Assembly (NCBI GenBank): GCA_038087875.1
Contig: CM075997.1
Location: 3,970,001 to 4,034,000, forward strand
DNA: 64,000 bases
Reading direction: 5' to 3'
DNA from: Malacoraja senta
Lineage: Eukaryota
Positions 60,626 to 64,000 of the stretch are shown in pieces. Each line of letters begins with the position of its first letter. The stretch's first letter is position 1. The translations under genes and the position numbers were made by a program. Under the pieces are notes generated by a model that saw only the letters and a list, made by a program, of their open reading frames with translations, searched no databases and had not been told where the DNA came from.

Positions 60626-63087
60626 AGTCACTGAAAGTTAACGTGACAGTGCAGCAGCCAATGCAGGTGCGTTGGTCCTCATCTCAAGGGGATTTTTGCC
60701 GTGCACCACAGGGGTAGATTGAGGAAATTGAGGAGTTAACTCAGGCAGCATCTCTGGAGAAAAGGAATAGGTGATGTTTCGGGTCAAGACCCTTCATCAG
60801 ACTCAATTATGGTCTCGACCCAAAATGTCACCTATTCCTTTTCTCCAGAGATGCTGCCTGACCCGCTGCTTTACTCCAGCATTTGGTGTCTATCTTCAGT
60901 GAAAACCAGCATCTGCAGTTCCTTCCTACACATCTACCAGAATGCTGCCTGGATTAAAGCGTATTAGCTACAGGGAGAGGTTGAACAAACTTGCACCTTT
61001 TTCTTCTCTGGAACTTGAGAACAGGGATTGAGGGGAGTCCTGATAGAAATATATAACATTGGGAGGCATAGAGGGGGTAGATAGTCAAACCTTTTTTTTC
61101 TCCCCAGGGTGGAAGTGTCAAAGACATTGGTTTATGGTGAGAGGGGCAAAGTTTAAAGGAGATGTGAGGGACAAGTTCTTTTACACAGAGGGTTGTTGGT
61201 GCCTGGAATATGCTGCCATGGGTGTTGATAGAGGCAGGTACGATAGTGACATTTAAGGGGCGTTTGGCTAGGCACATGGATAAGCACGGAGGGAGGGATA
61301 TGGATCATGTGTGGGCAGATATTAGTTCAGCTTGGTATAATGTTCGGCACAGTGTTGCCGGCCGAAGGGCCCATTCCTGTGCTGTACTTTTTCTTCTAAC
61401 TCCCCTGATCCTAAGAACATTGGTCAGCGTATGCTACAACACAGAGGTTGCTTTTAGTCATAGAGTGATACAGCGTGGAAACAGGCCCAACTTGCCCACA
61501 CCGGCCAACATGTCCCAGCTACACTAGTCCCGCCTGCCAGTATTTGATCCATAGCCCTCCAAACCTATCTTATCCATGTACCTGTCTAACTGCTTCCTAA
61601 ATGCTGGGATAGTCCCTGCCTTAAATAACTCCCTTGGCAGCTTGTTCCATACATCTACCATCCTTTGTATGGAAAAAGTTATCCCTCAGATTCTTATTAA
61701 ATCTTTTCCCCTTCAACTTAAACCTATGTCCTCTGGTGCTCGATCCACCTACTTTGGGCAAGAGATCTTATACACCTCTATAAGATCACCCCTCAATCTC
61801 CTGCATTCCAAGGAATAGAATCCCAGCCTACTCAACCTCTACCTATATGCTCAGACCCTCTCGTCCTGTCAACATCCTCATAAATCTTCTCTTTCCAGCT
61901 TGACAACATCTTTCCTATAGCACGGTGCACTGAACTGAACACAATACGCTGAATGTGGCCTCACCAACGAATTATACACCTGCAACACAACCTCCCAACT
62001 TCTAGACACAATATTCTGGCTGATGAAGGCCTATGTGCCAAAAGCCTTTGACCACCCGAAGTTGCCAATGAAAGCAGTGCATAGACAATTATACGCCAAC
62101 TGGGGTAGCCAAGTTGGTGAGTCTAATGGAGAAATGCAGAAAAGAATTACGAGGATGTTGACTCTATGAAATGAATTGTATTTCCACTGAACAATAGGTG
62201 CAGGAGTAGGCCATTTGGCCCTTCGAGCCAGCACCGCCATTCAATGTGATCATGGCTGATCATCCCCAATCAGTACCCCGTTCCTGCCTTCTCCCCATAT
62301 CCCGACTCCGCTATTTTTAAGTCCTATATAGCTCTCTCTTTGAAAGCATCCAGAGAACCTGCCTCCACCACCCTCTGAGGCAGTGAATTCCACAGACTCA
62401 CCACTCTCTGTGAGAAAAAGTGTTTCCTCGTCTCCGTTCTAAATGGCTTACTCCTTATTCTTAACCTGTGTCCCCTGGTTCTGGGTTCACTAACAAGTCT
62501 AGAAATGGGGATCAAAGTTTAAAAAATAAATAAATGCTGGGCTTTTAGGACTAAAAAGTGGAGACATTTACTCACTCTGGTATATCAGAGTGGATTTGAG
62601 GAATTCTCTACCTGGGAGAACTCCACATGGTGATTGCATTCAAAGCACGGAGGTACAGATTTCTGGATATTAGAGGTCAAAAGATAACAATTAGGCAGGA
62701 AAATGCCCTCTGAGGAAGACCAGCCCCGTTTTTAAAGTCAATTTCCTACTTGTTTTTATTCAGCCCACAAAATATACTAAATTATTCAATGGGTGATGAA
62801 GTACATCAAGTGTTGCTTTGTTAGGTATTTGCAGTACAGGTGACTGATACAGGTGTTTTTCCACACAATGTGGTGATGACCACATAACCCAGAATTTTGC
62901 TTTTAGTAACTTTGAATGAAGGGCAAGTATCAACCTTGACACACCTGGAACAATTCACCTGCTTAGATCCTGTTCAAAAGATTCTTTAGCAGAACGTCAA
63001 CTAGAAAGAGATGCATCTGCTAATATATTTTAAAAAACTGGGAAAGTTATATATTGTTCACCTTGGGACAGGAAGGGCTAATCCAAT

Positions 63088-63230
63088 GTAGACAAAAGTG
63101 CTGGAGAAACTCAGCGGGTGCAGCAGCACGAAGGAAGTAGGCAACGTTTCGGCCCAAAACGTTGCCTACTTCCTTCGCTCCATAGATGCTGCTGCACCCG
63201 CTGAGTTTCTCCAGCACTTTTGACTACCTT
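63088..63230. mobile_element. fold-back Penelope-terminus mini-element
   Basis: Near-perfect palindrome; 15-bp direct repeat aagggctaatccaat (63073-87, 63231-45). Confidence 0.78.
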
Positions 63231-63831
63231 AAGGGCTAATCCAATAGTTTAAGATGGTTATAATGGGCTGTGTGGATAAAATCAATGACCTGTGCAAAAT
63301 GGGACATCAAAAACAAGGGGGGGGGAAGAGAAATAAACTGCTGGAGCAACTAGGGACCATCATTGGAAGGAAACGGACAGGCGACGTTTCTGGTCTGGCC
63401 CCTTCTTCAAGACAAAAATGAGAGTTGATCGAAGTGAATCAGGGGGGGTTGTTTTCAACCTGGAATTGTTATAAACATACCTGATGAAGTAGATTCCAGA
63501 AACAAGAGGGACCGACATGTGAAGAATGTAAAGAATTACAAGTGCCTGCGGGGGGGGGGGGTTGCGATGTGACAGAAAGTAGAACAAATTCTCCTCCAAG
63601 AAGCTAAGTCAAGCACAGCTGTAAAGTTTACTCGATTCTAGGAAAACAGTGGCTTGGATTCTTGTTGGGTGGGGGGGGGTTTCGCACACACACACACACA
63701 CATCTAGGTTCGGCTCGAATCTTGAGTGTTGGTGAGCTGTAGTGGGACGTCCTGCAGCACGAAGTGTGTGTGTGTGTGTGTTGGTGCCCAGGGTGGCCCT
63801 GGCCCCAGTAGCAAGGCCATCTGATGGAGGA

Positions 63832-63999
63832 TTAAGACCTGGCCGGGTTTAACTCGGGATACGACCGAGCTCCATTCCCCTGCAGTTTCTGGATCATCCG
63901 CTCCAGGAGGCACCGGTTGGGCCCCTTGAACTGGAAGACCTTGGAGCCGTTCTTGTAGAACTGGAAGGTGGGGAACCACTCGATGCGGCAGCGCTGCAC
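63832..63999 (-). CDS. thioredoxin-like protein 4, C-terminal part (runs off the window)
   Basis: VQRCRIEWFPTFQFYKNGSKVFQFKGPNRCLLERMIQKLQGNGARSYPELNPARS-stop (taa 63832-34); not in the ORF track because the start lies outside the window. Confidence 0.85.
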   Translation of the reverse strand: MQRCRIEWFPTFQFYKNGSKVFQFKGPNRCLLERMIQKLQGNGARSYPELNPARS

Positions 64000-64000
64000 C

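Overview
Repeat-dense vertebrate genomic DNA, almost certainly a cartilaginous fish (skate/ray/shark inferred from abundant HE1-type V-SINEs and HER1/CR1-type LINEs). Host genes: the last three coding exons of BLVRB (+ strand, 2431-10076) and a co-oriented minus-strand cluster of at least four intronless thioredoxin-like genes (18427-19044, 30333-30653, 50251-50567, and a partial one at 63832-64000). The three with visible active sites are non-canonical (WCETC, WCNNC, WCNNC), and the first gene has an upstream array of 20 perfect CRE palindromes. Mobile DNA includes an intact-ORF Tc1 (DD34E) transposon in a BLVRB intron, a decayed Tc1, Penelope-like fragments with minimal hammerhead motifs, two unrelated short retroelement families that begin with a predicted HDV-like self-cleaving ribozyme, PIF/Harbinger-like MITEs, a 6-bp-TSD MITE family, CR1, Rex1, L1, SINEs and several mini/microsatellites. 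All calls were made by eye without database searches; repeat boundaries are approximate unless TSDs are cited.
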